Source: Amoebophrya sp. A120
Taxonomy: Eukaryota > Protista > Dinoflagellata
Reading direction: 5' to 3'
DNA: 64,000 bases
Assembly: GCA_905178155.1 (NCBI GenBank)
Contig: CAJINV010000010.1
Coordinates: 663,902 to 727,901 of the forward strand
The notes beneath the pieces were generated by a model. It was not told where the DNA came from and ran no database searches. It saw only the letters and a list, made by a program, of their open reading frames with translations. The first letter of the stretch is position 1; each line of letters begins with the position of its first letter. Below, one piece after another: positions 24,860 to 38,100 of this stretch. Both the position numbers and the translations under genes were made by a program.

Positions 24860-27316
24860 CACAGTTTACGAGTCGATACATAAACTGCAAAGGACTTTGT
24901 GATGTCGGCTGCCTGCTGCTGGTACTCGGCCGCCTTTTTCTGCATCTGCTTCTCGTGCGCAGTCAGGTTCTCGCCGTATCAAAGGGAGATAGTAAACTTC
25001 TGCCTGCTTCTTGCACTTCGTCAACTACAGAGCTGCCAGCATATCATGACTTACGATTTATCTCACGAGTGAATTATATCATGCTTTGCGAAAAACAAAC
25101 CTTGTGGAAGCAGGAATCAATGGAAGCTGCAAAAGTTAAAGTACAAAGTTTTCTTATGTAATGCAAAAGCATCGTACTAGTAGTAATCGCATTACAAATT
25201 TGCTCAGCATGACAAATGGAATTTCTCATGCTGATTTACCTTGAAAAAAAGATTTGTCATGCACAAATGCGATTACTACGAGTACGATACTTTTGCACAG
25301 GATATTTCTCCAGACGATACGAAGATCAACCAGTTCCCGCCTGTGATCCACGGTTTCTGTTTTTCGATCTATCCTGAGTGAAAACGCCCCCACCCCATAG
25401 TGAAGATGGGCAATCTGCTACACAAATCAACCAGCATTGGCTGTTGCGCACGACAAGTTTGGCCCCGCAGTGTCATCCTGTTTAGCTAGTTATAGTAGCA
25501 TTACAGATCTAGCATATTATGCTGATTGGAGCATCACAAGTTCCAAACCACGACTAGAAAATGCTTCTCATGTTGGGGCTCTGCATGAGAAGCATTTTGA
25601 GCATGCAGATCTGCATGACGACTATAGGGTTGGAACGTTTTTACTCAGGATACGATCCCGATCGCCTTCGCCGCTACCTCGTACTCCTGTCCGCTATGGA
25701 TGTGTCAGGATCGAAATCGTCAAAATTGAACAAATAGTTTGTCATGCATAAAACCGATACCAGTCGGAAGCCCACTTATCAGGCGGCGCATGACAAATTT
25801 TCCGAGCATCGGAATCCAATTTGTCATGCTGTTCGAGCACAGAAGACTGCTTTTGTCATGCTAGTTTAGTAGCTCCATTTCAAACCCTAAACAGGCCAAC
25901 AATCGGCCTCACTTGCCATCCCGGCAAGACAGGCACTTCATGCCTTGCATTTTGTGCATCGCAAACTATTTCAACTTTGACGATTTCAATCCTGACGCTT
26001 CCATATCCGCGCTCCCGGTAGTACGCCGCCTGCAGCTCCGCTGTGACCAGATCGGCGTGAAAGGGCTCTATCTTCTTTCCAATCTCCTCTTCCGCCGACA
26101 TATCTCCCGCAGTGGACCCATTTTTCGCATATGAACTGCAAAAGTTAAAGTATCGTACTAGTATAAATTGCATTACAAATTAGCGCAGCATTACGAATTG
26201 AATTTGTAATGCTGATTTTCGTTGAGAACGAAATTTGTAATGCATAAATGCAATAATTACTACGAGTACGATGCTTCAGCATTGCATATCGCACTCCGCG
26301 CGGCGATTTTCTTCTCCGCGGCGGCGCGAATCGCGGCCAGAGCTTCCTGCGCCCCCGCAGCCGCACTTTCCGTGATTTTTACGTTGATGTCGCTCAGCGT
26401 TTTTTCGTATCCTGTGTAAAAACGTCCCCACCACAGAGTTGTGATGCAAATGCGCAATGACAGGAGCATCTGTAATGCGCATACCCATGAGAGGCATTTC
26501 CAATCGAGTTTTGGCATTTGTGATGCTGTAAACAGCATGAGAAAGTGGTTTTATCACGCGGATTCCCTTGCTAACCAGCACAACGCTGCAGAGGAAAACT
26601 TATCATGCACAACTCCCAAAATTTGCAGATTTACCGACTTGACTATGGGGTGGGGACGTTTTTGCTCACCATATTTCGTACTCCGTCACCAGCGCCCGGG
26701 CCTTAGCCGCTGCCTTGGCGGCAGCTGCTTTCGCCTCCGCGCTTTCCTTTGCTACAGCGAGGGATCAAAATGAAAAGTCCCCCCTCCCCATATCGAACTG
26801 GAAATCTGTGATGCAGGATCTGTGTACACAAATCGGATTTGTCTTGCGGTAGAGGACTGCAGACAGATGCAAAGCCCGGAACGGGGTGGCTTGGGGTAGG
26901 TACTTAGCATGGCAGACGTCTGCCCTAGTAGCGTAGCAGCATTACAAACCGCCTGCGAAATGCAGCGGAAGCCCTGGCTTTGCTCTCTTGCAAGACAGAA
27001 TCGATTCGTGAGCACAAATCAGCATCACAAATTTTGAAAAGCACGCCTTTTCGATATGGGGAGGGGGGATTTTTCCTCACAATACGAGGTTTTTGGTCAC
27101 CAGTTCCACGATCTGTTTCGCTTTTGCCTTGGCATTGCCGTTGTCTGCTGCGGTGGAGGAAATAGACGAGAAAAGTGACAAAGCCGAGGACGTCGGGAGG
27201 TTTGAAAGGTAGAAAAACCAAATCGCAAAATATCTGCAGACGATGGAGTGGATAAGAGGCGCGGCGGACGGTCTGCCACGCCGCTGCGCTACGTCGACAG
27301 TATTTCGTCCGGACAT
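24860..27316 (-). CDS. Ala-rich coiled-coil hypothetical protein; 6 introners (ends approximate)
   Basis: Spliced frame ..VTKNL|AVAKESAEAKAAAAK..EYE|KTLSDIN..ARSA|KNGST..YYRERG|QEYEVAAKAIGI|EKQ.. Confidence 0.6.
25155..25304. mobile_element. Introner family B
   Basis: TSD TTTCT/TTTCT. Confidence 0.93.
25370..25652. mobile_element. Introner family D (GAGTAAAAACGTCCCCACCCC TIR core)
   Basis: TSD CGATC/CGATC. Confidence 0.93.
25695..26005. mobile_element. Introner family G (GTGTCAGGATCGAAAT TIR core)
   Basis: TSD TCCGC/TCCGC. Confidence 0.93.
26130..26288. mobile_element. Introner family B
   Basis: TSD TCGCA/TCGCA. Confidence 0.93.
26408..26673. mobile_element. Introner family D
   Basis: TSD TTTCG/TTTCG. 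Confidence 0.93.
26763..27084. mobile_element. Introner family C
   Basis: TSD CGAGG/CGAGG; left end GAT. Confidence 0.92.
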
Positions 27317-28483
27317 TTTGCTAGTTTCGCCAGGGCCTCACGCGGCCCCAGCTTGGGAGACGTCGAAGGCACTATGTCTATGGACAACAAGTTAAGAACA
27401 TGCGAATTACCTTGTCCGTGTAGCACCAAAATTTTTCTCTTAGGTCAGGATAGTAGCTTGGATCAGGATAATACCGCTGCCTTCTCGTAGTTCGCTCGGC
27501 TTGCGCTTGTGTATTTTTTTTCCAGTTGCTTCATTCACAAGCATCTGTCCTCTCCGTCGCTTCAGAATGATAAACAGGACGAAGAAATGCGCATTCCCTC
27601 TTAGGTCCCAGTCCCATCATGGATACTAGCAACACACTCGTCAAAAATAATGTAGCAGTAACTGACACTACTTTTTAATTATTTACCAGCTACAGTGGAA
27701 GAGCATTCACTTTCCTTCCTCGAAGTCTTCTCTGCCCCCGCTGGGCTAGCATGACGCAAATACGCCACAATTGACCGGCAATGAACACGTAATAGCTCTA
27801 CGTAAACGTATTTACATTTCCGGCTTCGCATTAGAAGCTGCAAGTGAAACGAGAAAAGGAGCATTAAACCCAACGCGACCATTTTTCGCAACGTAACAGC
27901 CTTCTTACAGTTTCAGGGTCGGGGTTTTTTATTCGGCTTTCTTGTTTTAGGGGAAAGAAGAACTTTTGCACCATTTTTACATCCATGAAGTAGATGTAGA
28001 TGTTGTTCTAACTAGAGCATTCATTGGCGTCAAAATTTGTCTGTGCTCTAGCTGCCGTGGTCAGTGAACAAGGGTGGGGGGAACCGCGTCTAATTGAGGT
28101 CAAAAATGATACAAGAAAAGATGTTCTTGAGAAGCACATGGGGATGAAGGGGGTCTGCTAGTAGGGGTCTGCTAGTGGGGGTCTGGTAGTTCTGGTAGTG
28201 GTTAGGCTCAGGGTTTTGTTTTGCTAACAAAAGTAAAGATGATATGAAAGGCCGTTAGAAAGATTGATAAGATCATGCAACATTTCGCTTAGGACTTTGA
28301 CATGCCTCAAAATTGAAGCATGCCTGCGGTGATTCAGAGAAGATCAAGATCGATTGATTGATAGATACAGCCATGTAAGTAAAAAATTTGTGTAAACAAA
28401 AAAGCTAGCCTACTGCTACTACCGTCGTTTTCCTGCTAGAATAAACATCCGATTTTTTTTTTTCGCTGCTGCTCATTCGGAAC

Positions 28484-31400
28484 TCACGCTGCCGTAGGGG
28501 CCACCTCCCCGTTGAGCATGCGATCGTCGGTCCAGTCAAAATAGCCGACGCCTTTGCCGCCTTTCGCGAAGACTTTCACCGAATTGAAAACAAAATTGGT
28601 TCCGTAGTGCTCGGTGGGCATCAGCAATCCAACCTGGTCGTCCCATCCGGGGTAGATGCTTTTCGCATCCTTTTTCCCGTAATTCGCATCTTTCACCAGA
28701 GCATTGCACGCATCTATCCCCTGGTCGTTTCCGTTAGCCTGGAACTCGGTGCCGGCCCAGGACCCGCAAAAGGCAGTGTTGATGATGAAGGTTTGCGTGC
28801 GAAAGTGCTCGCTGGCTTCGCTGCAATGAGCCAACGGAAAGACCACGTAGGGCTTCAAACTTTGCAGCTTGGTCTCCCAGAACTCAGGTTGGGCGGACTC
28901 CTCCGCGCTGATGGCGTTGGCGTCTTTGCGAGGAATCCAGTAAAAATCCGTCTTGTCCTCCCCCAGCTTCATGATGTGAATGCCACCCTGCTCCTTGTTG
29001 AATTCGATCCCGTTCGGAATGCCCTTGGCCAGGACCCCGCAGCCGTCGTACCCCTCGCAATTTCGCATTTTCAGGTACAGCGTCATGTAGTCGGGGCACT
29101 GGTTGTCCGGGAAGTACCAGTGCTGCTCGTTTGCTGGATCCGGTCTACACTGCTCGTACACGTCGTCCCCTACCTCATCCTCGGTGGGATTCAGCCTGTT
29201 CGTTTTGGTCCGGAACATGTTGCAGTTCCCGACGCAAGGCTTCCCCTCAGGGCAAGCACCCTCGTCCCGTCGCCAGGGGCCAAACTCGGTGTGCAGGGTG
29301 GTGGGCTATCAAATTGAAAAGCGGGGCCCTAGCTGTACTACACAGAACTTGGTGGAAGCATTAGCATTTGTCTTTGTTGTATAATATCATGCCGAACCGA
29401 CCGCGCAACCACTGCCGTCCAGGACTAGTGAGGGTCGTTCATGCGGCAACGCTCTCGAAAAACCCCAACGCCACCCAGGACCAGCAATTAATTAAATTTC
29501 ATTTTCTTTCTATTAGTCGCCGATGTAAACATGCCGATGCCGTCTTGATGTCTTTTCAATGCAAGCAATTGATAAAGTTTTCACCCTGAAGAGCAAAAAT
29601 TTGTGTTGCGAAATAGAGGCTCAACACCAGTGGAAACTGTTCATAACGAGGATGCTTCTCACGATTGAAAATTCTGGATCAGAAAAAGAACTCAACATAG
29701 TCGGTTCTGCCCTCCAACACGACAAAAGAATCTTCTCTTTTCGAAACTTCGCCACAGATATTAATTGAGTATTTCCACCTTCTGCGGGCGGGGCACTAGC
29801 ACTTTTCAACAAGATATGATCATCTCCTTGTTGGGAAACCCGTGCACGTGCTCCATCATGTCAAACTCCCCCGACTCCGGCCAGTGAGCATGCCCAAACT
29901 GCCACCCGTCCTCGGCCCAATACCCCTGCCTCGGGACCCAAAACTCTTCCCCGATCGGCACGACCCCGCCCTTGTGCGCGGTCCAGTAAGCGGGCCACGA
30001 GCCATCGATCGCGGGCATGCGCTCCACGTCGACGACAAAAATCGAACCGTACGTGAAGCCAAACTTGCTGTGCATGCGAATTGCGTACCGGTTGCCATTT
30101 TCGTCGCTCCCTACGTCCGGGCTTTTGCGGTCATCGGGCGCCAAGGCCGGCCTGCCTTTCGCGAAGTCGATGCTCACCTTGTTGTCGTTGGTTTGCGTGA
30201 TCAGGGTGTCTCTTCGGTTCCAGCCCTCCTGGTAGTTAACGGCCCCCTGTGTGGGGTCGCCGAGTCTGTCCCAGGGGACAAAACAGTCCAGGAAAGCGGC
30301 CCGATCGCTCCCCGGACAGTTTAGCGCCAACTGCAGCTGCGGTGACGCGGAGTTTTGTTCCTCGTTAGACACGTTTACTTCCTCGGACGGCTTTTCCTCG
30401 GAAACACTCAGCGGATCCGTTGGTGGCACTTCTGGAGCTGGATCCGTTGGTGGCACTTCTGGAGCTACGCTGATGACAGTGCACAACCCCCTCCCTCACT
30501 TGTCGGGCATGAGCAGCAATAGAAACACCACCAGACCTCAACCTCATGGAGCCTGTGCATGACAAGTTGTTCCTGCGCCGACTGAAGTACTTACTGTTCT
30601 GGCTACATCAAGAACTTCCGGGATTTGTCATGCCAACTGTGCCAAATGAACGAAGAAACTGCAACTGGCTCTGGCTTCAGCATTTTGCATGACAAACAAG
30701 GGGGACGTCGAGTTGTGCAATCGGATAACGCGGGTCTGATTCCGGGCGCCGTTCTTGGTCGTCTCCTCGGCTTCCTCCGGCGCCTGGCAGTACTCACAGG
30801 CCGGCTCCTATCCTGAGAAAAAAGTGTTACAGTTGCACACTCTGATGGAAGACAAGCAAGACAGACGACCTCTGCCATGCAGGAAATGCTTGGCAGCCTC
30901 ATTTCATTCGTGTTCTTTTCCCTTTAGACTCTGCGCATCACAGGTTGTTTTTGCCATGATGTCGAGCAACTTTGTGATGCAGAAATTCCAACAAATGTGT
31001 AACTGCAACACTTCATTTTTCCTGTGATAGCTCCACCGGATGACTGACGTCCCTGGTCCCCACAGGCTCCCCAGACCGCAGCTCGGTAGATGTTCTCGTA
31101 GCCCCAGCGGCGAGTTGCAGTATCCTGAGTAAAAGCGTCCCCACCCCATAGTTCTTGTCATGCAGATTTGCAGTCACAGGAAGATTTGTAATGTGCATCC
31201 CCGTGAGAGGCACTTATTTCAGTCGTGTTTTGGACTTTGTAATGCTGTAAACAGGATGATTAGCTGGCTTTGTGATGCGGCTGCACTTGTGAAACTGCAC
31301 CAAAATACAGAGAGGAACTTGTCATGCGCATACTCCCAAAACTTCTCGGCTTGTGTTGCGAGATCCCCGTCTTGAGTCTGGGGTCGTGGGGACGTTTTTA

Positions 31401-31579
31401 CTCAGGATATGCAGCGACGAAGCTTTAACATTTTCTGCGGTGGACAGAGCCACATTTTTCCGCGCTGGTTGGGCAGCATTCCGCGCTGCAGGTTTCTTCA
31501 AAACCTTGAACGCTAGTGCCGGTGCTGGCCCACGATCAGCCCCTCCTACGTAGAGGATTTGTAACAGGAACCGCTTCAT
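28484..31579 (-). CDS. GH16 beta-1,3-glucanase (laminarinase-like) paralog 1, ~599 aa; 4 introners
   Basis: SWPAYW, WPESGEFDMMEH (ExDxxE), TTLHT, INTAFCGSWAG; 1800 nt after element removal. Confidence 0.88.
29307..29816. mobile_element. Long degenerate introner (510 bp, singleton)
   Basis: TATC...TTGAAAAG / CTTTTCAA...GATA; TSD TGGGC/TGATC; removal gives EMITTLH as in paralogs. Confidence 0.8.
30472..30727. mobile_element. Introner family H (GTGCACAAC TIR core)
   Basis: TSD ACGCT/ACGCG; related to 57636-57857. Confidence 0.85.
30809..31029. mobile_element. Introner family E
   Basis: TSD GCTCC/GCTCC. Confidence 0.93.
31121..31409. mobile_element. Introner family D
   Basis: TSD TGCAG/TGCAG. 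Confidence 0.95.
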
Positions 31580-32712
31580 TTTTTTCCTGACCGCCGTTTT
31601 TTTGTGTGTGAAGAACAACTGACTTTTCGATGCGTTTTTCTGTTGTGTAAAAGACAGACTTTTACTCAGAGGTCGTCGTGTTCTCGTCTTTTCAGAAGAT
31701 ATCCCAGATTGTTATATGAATCGTTTGCTCGGCGCGCATATGTACTTATTAACTATTCGGGGAGAACTTTCGGCGGGCACAGAAGATCCACGACTCGAGT
31801 GGTTGTCGGCAAAGCTGAGGAACTGTTGCTTGGAGTTTTCATCGGGAAAACGAACAAGTGAAAAAATAAATACCTACGTATAGTACATAGGAATATCTAA
31901 ACACCAAAGAGCGGAAATAGCCTGTTATGCCTTTACGGGGATTTCGGTTTTCCATCCCCATCGTGTTTTGCACGAAGATTTGGCGAGTCACAATTAAAAC
32001 AGCCACGAGAGGTGGAGCGATTGGACGAAGCCTACGGCAAAGGAAGAGACCTGCATTCAAATCTTGAACGACAACGATTTTGGTTGACGAATAACGATTT
32101 GCTGGACGGCCTGCCGGTGCAGCTGCAGGTGCAGGTTTCATTTCCCTACAAAAAATTTCTTCGCAAACGAGGAAAAGCGATCTTCCACCGGCGCAACGGC
32201 GCCAGCATGTACGAGGGAACGAGGGTAATGAAATCACGATATGAAACGACCTACTTCACTGCAATACAGCCTTGTATCGAAATAAATGCGAAGGTAAAGA
32301 AAAACGAAATAACAACAAAGTGGAGAATACTTCGGAAGACACAGGTCGGTGTTCCTGTAGCGCCCGGAAAATTTATTAAAAAATTTCTTGGATGTTGTTG
32401 ATTTTTTCGTCGGCTACCAGATCAAGAACAAGCTTGGTTCTGTTAACTTCTTCTATACCAGTGCTAATAATTATTGCATCAGCTCCCTTCGCAAACAGGA
32501 ATACATGAAGCGAACGAGCTATTGAAAAAGACTGCTTGTTGGGGGAATAGGGATTTTTTCTTTATTCACCCACGTCCTTTTCTGGCAGTAGCTGGCAGCG
32601 GTAGAAGAAAAACTACAGAAGAAGTATGCGGTGAGATGAACAAGGGCCAAACTAGCAGGTGGACGAGCTGCTCAAGTATCTTTATCGGCCCTTCAACAAC
32701 ACCTGTCTTCCC

Positions 32713-35700
32713 TCAGACCCCATCCGGAAATAACGCCGGATATTTGTCTTTCCAATCCCGCTGGGGCTCTTCGCTGCCATCAAGCATGCGGTCGTCCGCC
32801 CAGTGGTAGAAACTTTCGCCCAAACCACCCCCCTCGATTCTATCACACGGAAAATAACCAGAAGGGCTAGCGTACCAAATAAATGCCTGGATCGATACAA
32901 TTACAACTGTATCGATACAACAAAACTTGCTCGAAATCGTCGCTCTTGCGACGTCACACTGTTTCTTTTTTCCAACATCTTCACCTTTCATGCGGACATA
33001 ACCAACTCAACAATTCCCGCCTAAATCCTATCTTCACGATCTCCATCCTTGGGACTTCAGAATACAGTACGATAGTAGTACGCGCGGCTGATAGTTTTCG
33101 CGCAGAACAAGGCGACAAGATGACTTTCATGCACAATAAATTTCGAGTACGTTTGTGCACGCCTGATAGATTACAATTACGTCAAGTATTGTACGCTAGC
33201 ACCTTACGAAAAAATTGTTCCAATGCATAGGTCCACTTTTTCGAGAAGATTTTGATCGAGTTGAAGAGGAAATTCGTCCCGATCCCCTGGTCTGGCTCCC
33301 CTTCCTCACTGTCCCACAAAACCTCCCCGAGGTCCGCAAATTTGCTCTCCTGGGTCTTATAGCCGTAGGCAGCGTCCTTCATCAAAGCATTGCAGTTCTC
33401 CCGCCACTTCGTGGCCTTCCAGTGTTCTCTTGCCTCATCTGTAGTGAGATCTGACGGAACCGGGGGATGATCGTTCTCTCGAGGACCCCAGTTGTACGTA
33501 AACCCCGCCCACTCCCCGCAGAACGCCGTATTCAGGACCAGCGTCTGCGTGCGAAACAGTTGCTGCGCGTTGCAGTTTTTGTTTTTATTCACGGGAAACA
33601 CCACGTAGGGGGTCAGGGGTCGGAGTTTTTCGGTCCAAAACCAGCCCTGCTTGGTTTTTTCCTCGGTGAAAACCTCTGGGTCCACGTCGTTTCGGGGTAT
33701 GAAGTAAAACTTCTTCACTTCGTCTTCTTCTAATTGCATTAAATGGATTCCCCCCCGTTGCTTGTTAAATGGCACGCCGTTCGGCACGTCTCGGACGTAC
33801 GCGCCGCAGCCCAGATTGCCGTAGCAGCTGGTCTCCTTCAGGAATATTGTGAGGAAAAATCTCCCCATATCGAAAAGGAATCTGTGATGCTGATTTGTGA
33901 CCACAAATCAGCTTTGTCTTGCGCACAAGGCAAACGGCAGCCATGTGGCGCATGGTACAGTCAGTCTGTCATACGTTTGCGCCTATGTCTGACTTGTTTC
34001 TCATGCTCAGCTGCTAGCCGGACGCGTACTTACCCAAACGGGCTTAGATTATGTCGACAAGATGAAGCTGTTGCTGCAATACAAAGGTCATTTGTTTACA
34101 CAAATACAGCAACACAGGTTGTCTTTTGAGTATGGGGTGGGGGCTTTTCTCACTTTGATAAGAAACGTCGGGAGTTTACACCCTTCCGTCATGTTCCACA
34201 GCGCGTGGTGGTTTGCCTTGCACTCCTCGTTCGCGTCTGTTACTTCTTGAGAAGACGGCTCGGAATCCCCGAGAGTCCCTCCGCGGGAGGGCCACACCTG
34301 GCAGCTGTGGCTGTTGTAGCTGGTGGCGCCGCTGTGGACGGTGGTGATCATTTCTGTGTTGACGAAGCCGTGCAGGTGCTATCAAATGCAAAAGTGTCTG
34401 GGTCTGGAAGATTATGAGACTTGCCATGCATGTTTCGCGTGGCCCAGGATTGTGTGTGATGCATGCCCTACCATCACAGACTTTTAGAACCCTTCCTGAT
34501 GCCTACTCCGCATGACAAACGCCCTCCCCGCGTGGCACAAACTGGACTCCTCTTGCTGGTCATGCAATACAGATCTTTTTAGAGTCCAAAGTTAGCATCA
34601 CAAGTTCCAACCCTCCAGACCCAGACCCAGATCCATTTTTGCATTTGATAGGTGCTCCATCATGTCGAATTCGCCCGATTCCGGCCACCCACTGTGGCCA
34701 AACCCGTCACCCGGCTGAAATCCGGTGTCCCACGCGAGCGGCACGATGCCGCCCTTGTGGGCCGTCCAGTAGGCCGACCAGCTGGCATCGATGGTCGGGA
34801 TCCGCTCCACATCCACCACGAACAGCGAGCCTGCCCCAACCGCGTACTTGGTGTGCATGCGAATCGCGGGGCGATGGTTGTTCCAGTCGTCGTTCGCGTG
34901 CGTAGTGATCTTGCCCTTGTGAAAATCGACACTGACTTGTTTTTTCATCACCGCATTTTCATCCGGATTGTCTCGCAGCGTAATCAGGTCGTCCTTCATC
35001 TCCCACCCTTTCTTGTAGTCCACGGCCCCGCCGGTGGGATCGCCGACTTTGTCCCACGGGACAAAACAGTCCAAAAACGCGTCTAGATCGTCGCCGGGGC
35101 AGCTGAGCGCCAACCGGTAGTTGGTGGAATCCGGATTTTCAAACGGCCAGGTGGTGGTAGAAGTCGTACTAGAGGTTGTGGATGTGGACAAGGTTGAATC
35201 TGCGCCGTTTGAATTTACCATCACGCACTCGAACGGGTACTGCCCGGGGTCGGAAATCCGGTCGGCCAATGGGAAAATTGACGCACGGCTACACACATCC
35301 ACTTCTTCACTGGCAGCAGATGAAACGTCAGCAGCTTGTTGTGCGCCCTTTTTGCAGCAGGCCGCCTCGTACTGAGCATGCGCAGTGCCCGCCGCGGGCG
35401 TTGTCCCCTCGGGGTAGCAGGCCGCGCAGCTCCCCGGGGTGCCGTTGCAGCCGGGGAGGCAGGAGATGGCGGTCGGCGGGAGGGGTGTGGTGTCCGAGGC
35501 AAACAGGTTTTTCGTGAAGGCCTGCGGGTGTTTCTTGTTCAAAACCCAGGCCGGCAAAGCGACGCAAGAGTGGAAAGAAGTCTCGTTTCCACCGTACGCG
35601 AGCACTTCTGCCGGGACGGTCTGCTCGACCGGCAGCCCGGGGATGGTGAGCGCTTGGCACTCGGGGTACTTTTCCGCGTCGGCGTTATCAAAGTGAAAAA

Positions 35701-38100
35701 TGCCCCCACCCCCGAACTAGGGAGCATTTGTATTGCAAACCTTTCCAAATGAAACACTCGCCCTCTTGCATCTATCAGCATCACAGATTTCCGATCGTGA
35801 ATACTAGCAAAAATTTGCATTGCAATAGACGCCAGCAAGAGTGGCCCTTGTCATGCAAGCGATGCGATACACGCCTAGACTCTGCATCCGAAAGATAAGA
35901 TTCATACTTCTTTCATGCATGAGCATGACAAAAAGTTTTCATTTGGAAACTTCGCATCACAAATTTTATGCAATTTCAGGGGTGGGGGGCATTTTTCACT
36001 GTAATATGCGTAGGGAACGGTTTCCGTTTCCCGGTCGTACTTGCAACACGCACTCTTGTAGGACCCGGGCGCCAGGCCCTGTATCAAATGCAAAAATGTC
36101 TGGGTCTGGAGGGATTCGAACTTGTGATGCGCATTTCACAACACGCAGAAATCTGTCATGCGTAGGCAGCAAAAGCCGCCCACTTCCTGTCACCAAAGTG
36201 GGGGATTTGTCATGCGGATTAGGCATTGCGGAACCGTCTCGAAAACTGTGATGCTAAAGCGTGCATGCCAGACCTTCTGTGTCATGCAAAAACACCATGG
36301 CAAAAATCTCCGTTCTTCCAGACCCAGACACTTCTGCATTTGATACCCTGTGGCAGTTCGTCATTTCCATCTTCTCCGACGAGGCACCAGTTCGCACACT
36401 GGCTCCCCGTCCCGGCCAGGCGAAACTGCATCCCACACGGCTCAAAGCAGTCCATCGGTCTGCCTATCCTGAGTAAAAACGTCCCCATAGCAGAGTCAAG
36501 ATGGGGATCTCGCAACACAAATCGAGAAGTTTTGGGAGTCAAGCATGACAAGTTCCTCTCTGTAGTGTAGTGCAGTTTAGCAAGTACAGCCGCAACACAA
36601 ATCCATCTAGTCGTCCTGTTTACAGCATTACAAAGTTCAAAACACGATGGGAAATGCCTCTTATGGGGATGCGCATTACAAATCTTCCTGTAACTGCAAG
36701 TCTGCATGACAACTCTGGGGTGGGGACGTTTTTACACAGGATACTGCCGGTAGTTGGTTCTTCCGGACACCCACCTTGGGCCTCGCTGACGCAACGGCAT
36801 CAAAAGGAAACATCCCCCCTCCCCATATTGCAACGGAAATTTCTGCTGCTGGATTTGTGTACACAAATCGGCTTTGTCTTGCAGTATAGGACTGCAGGCA
36901 GATACAAAGCCTAGACGGGGCTGGCCAGAGGTGGGCGCTCAGCATGGCAGACGTCTACCCTGTTGGCGCAGCAGCATTACAAATCGCCTGCGTAAAGCGG
37001 CGAAAGCTCTGGCTTTGCTCTCTTGCAACACAGACCTCATTTGTGACCACAAATCAGCATCACAAATTTTCAAAAGGATGCCTTTTCGATATGGGGAGGG
37101 GAGATTTTTCCTTTTGATAAACGGACGTCGATGGTCCACTCCAGCGCAAGGGCGGGCGGTTGCAGTGGAGATGATGTAGTTGCCGCCTCCGTTGAAGATG
37201 TCGTGGCGTCGTCCTCATCTTCTGCCGTGGTTGTAGACGTCGTGGTAGTCGTAATTCCAATTTCCTCAGAAGTCGTCGCTTCTTCTTCATCTCCCCCGCA
37301 GCCGACACAGTTTTCGCACGCGCCCTGCACCGGCACCTGATTGGAGGCAGTGAGGACACCGCTGAGCGGCGTCAAGCTCGTGCTCGGGGCGTCAAGCTCC
37401 GAGGAGGAACTGAGCGAAGAAGGTGGGGGCGGCTGCACAGGAGGAGAACCCTCTTGGTTCTCGACGAGAGCGCGAGGTGGAGACTGCGTCGTTCTAATAT
37501 CCTTGCTCGCCATATTAATAACGTTCAAAGAAGTAAAAGAACTACTAGAGCTAGACCTAGTATCTGAAGCATTTTTATCAGACGACAAGGTGGATGTTGC
37601 AGGAGCACGGAGAATGTGTATCAAATGTAAAAATGTCTGGGTCTGGAAGAGTGCATGTTTGTCATGCTTGTCTGGCATGACTCTTAAATCTGTCATGCAC
37701 GTTACCCAAGAGCTCCATTTTTCTGTGATGCAGAAACGCAGTTTGTCATGCAGAATAGGCAACACCTAGAAGCTCAGAAACTTGTCATGCTGAGCCAGCA
37801 TTTGTGGCCTCATCATGAAACGCCACCCAGCATCACAAGTTTCCAGACCCAGACAATTTTACATTTGATAATGCGCCTCTTCGCACGATTGTAGTGCTTC
37901 TTGGCTGCTGTTGATGTAGTTTTCATCGAAACCAGCCTGCTGCGCTTTTTCTGTTGCTGTGGTCCTCGTGTACCACTTTTTTCCCTCACGGAGAGGCCAG
38001 CGACGGGGCGCGCTGCGAAAATAAGGCTAACGTGTAAGAACACCACCTCCATGATCATGGCCGAAGTGGTGAGGACGCGTCGAAGACCGCTGAACTTCAT
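32713..38100 (-). CDS. GH16 beta-1,3-glucanase paralog 2 with signal peptide and Cys-rich/Thr-rich N-terminal modules, ~977 aa; 8 introners
   Basis: WPESGEFDMMEH|LHG, LNTAFCGEWAG, FYHWADDRML; 2934 nt after removal. Confidence 0.88.
32841..33229. mobile_element. Degenerate introner (389 bp, singleton)
   Basis: IR contains GCTAGCGTAC; TSD GATTC/GGTCC; removal restores the C-terminus shared with paralogs. Confidence 0.8.
33845..34160. mobile_element. Introner family C
   Basis: TSD AGGAA/AGAAA. Confidence 0.9.
34380..34650. mobile_element. Introner family A, adjacent to GH16 catalytic motif
   Basis: TSD GGTGC/GGTGC. Confidence 0.95.
35686..36006. mobile_element. Introner family F
   Basis: TSD GGCGT/TGCGT. 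Confidence 0.92.
36082..36345. mobile_element. Introner family A
   Basis: TSD CCCTG/CCCTG. Confidence 0.95.
36465..36743. mobile_element. Introner family D, inverted relative to 31121-31409
   Basis: TSD CTGCC/CTGCC. Confidence 0.95.
36798..37119. mobile_element. Introner family C
   Basis: TSD AACGG/AACGG; left end CAT. Confidence 0.92.
37619..37870. mobile_element. Introner family A
   Basis: TSD ATGTG/ATGCG. Confidence 0.92.
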
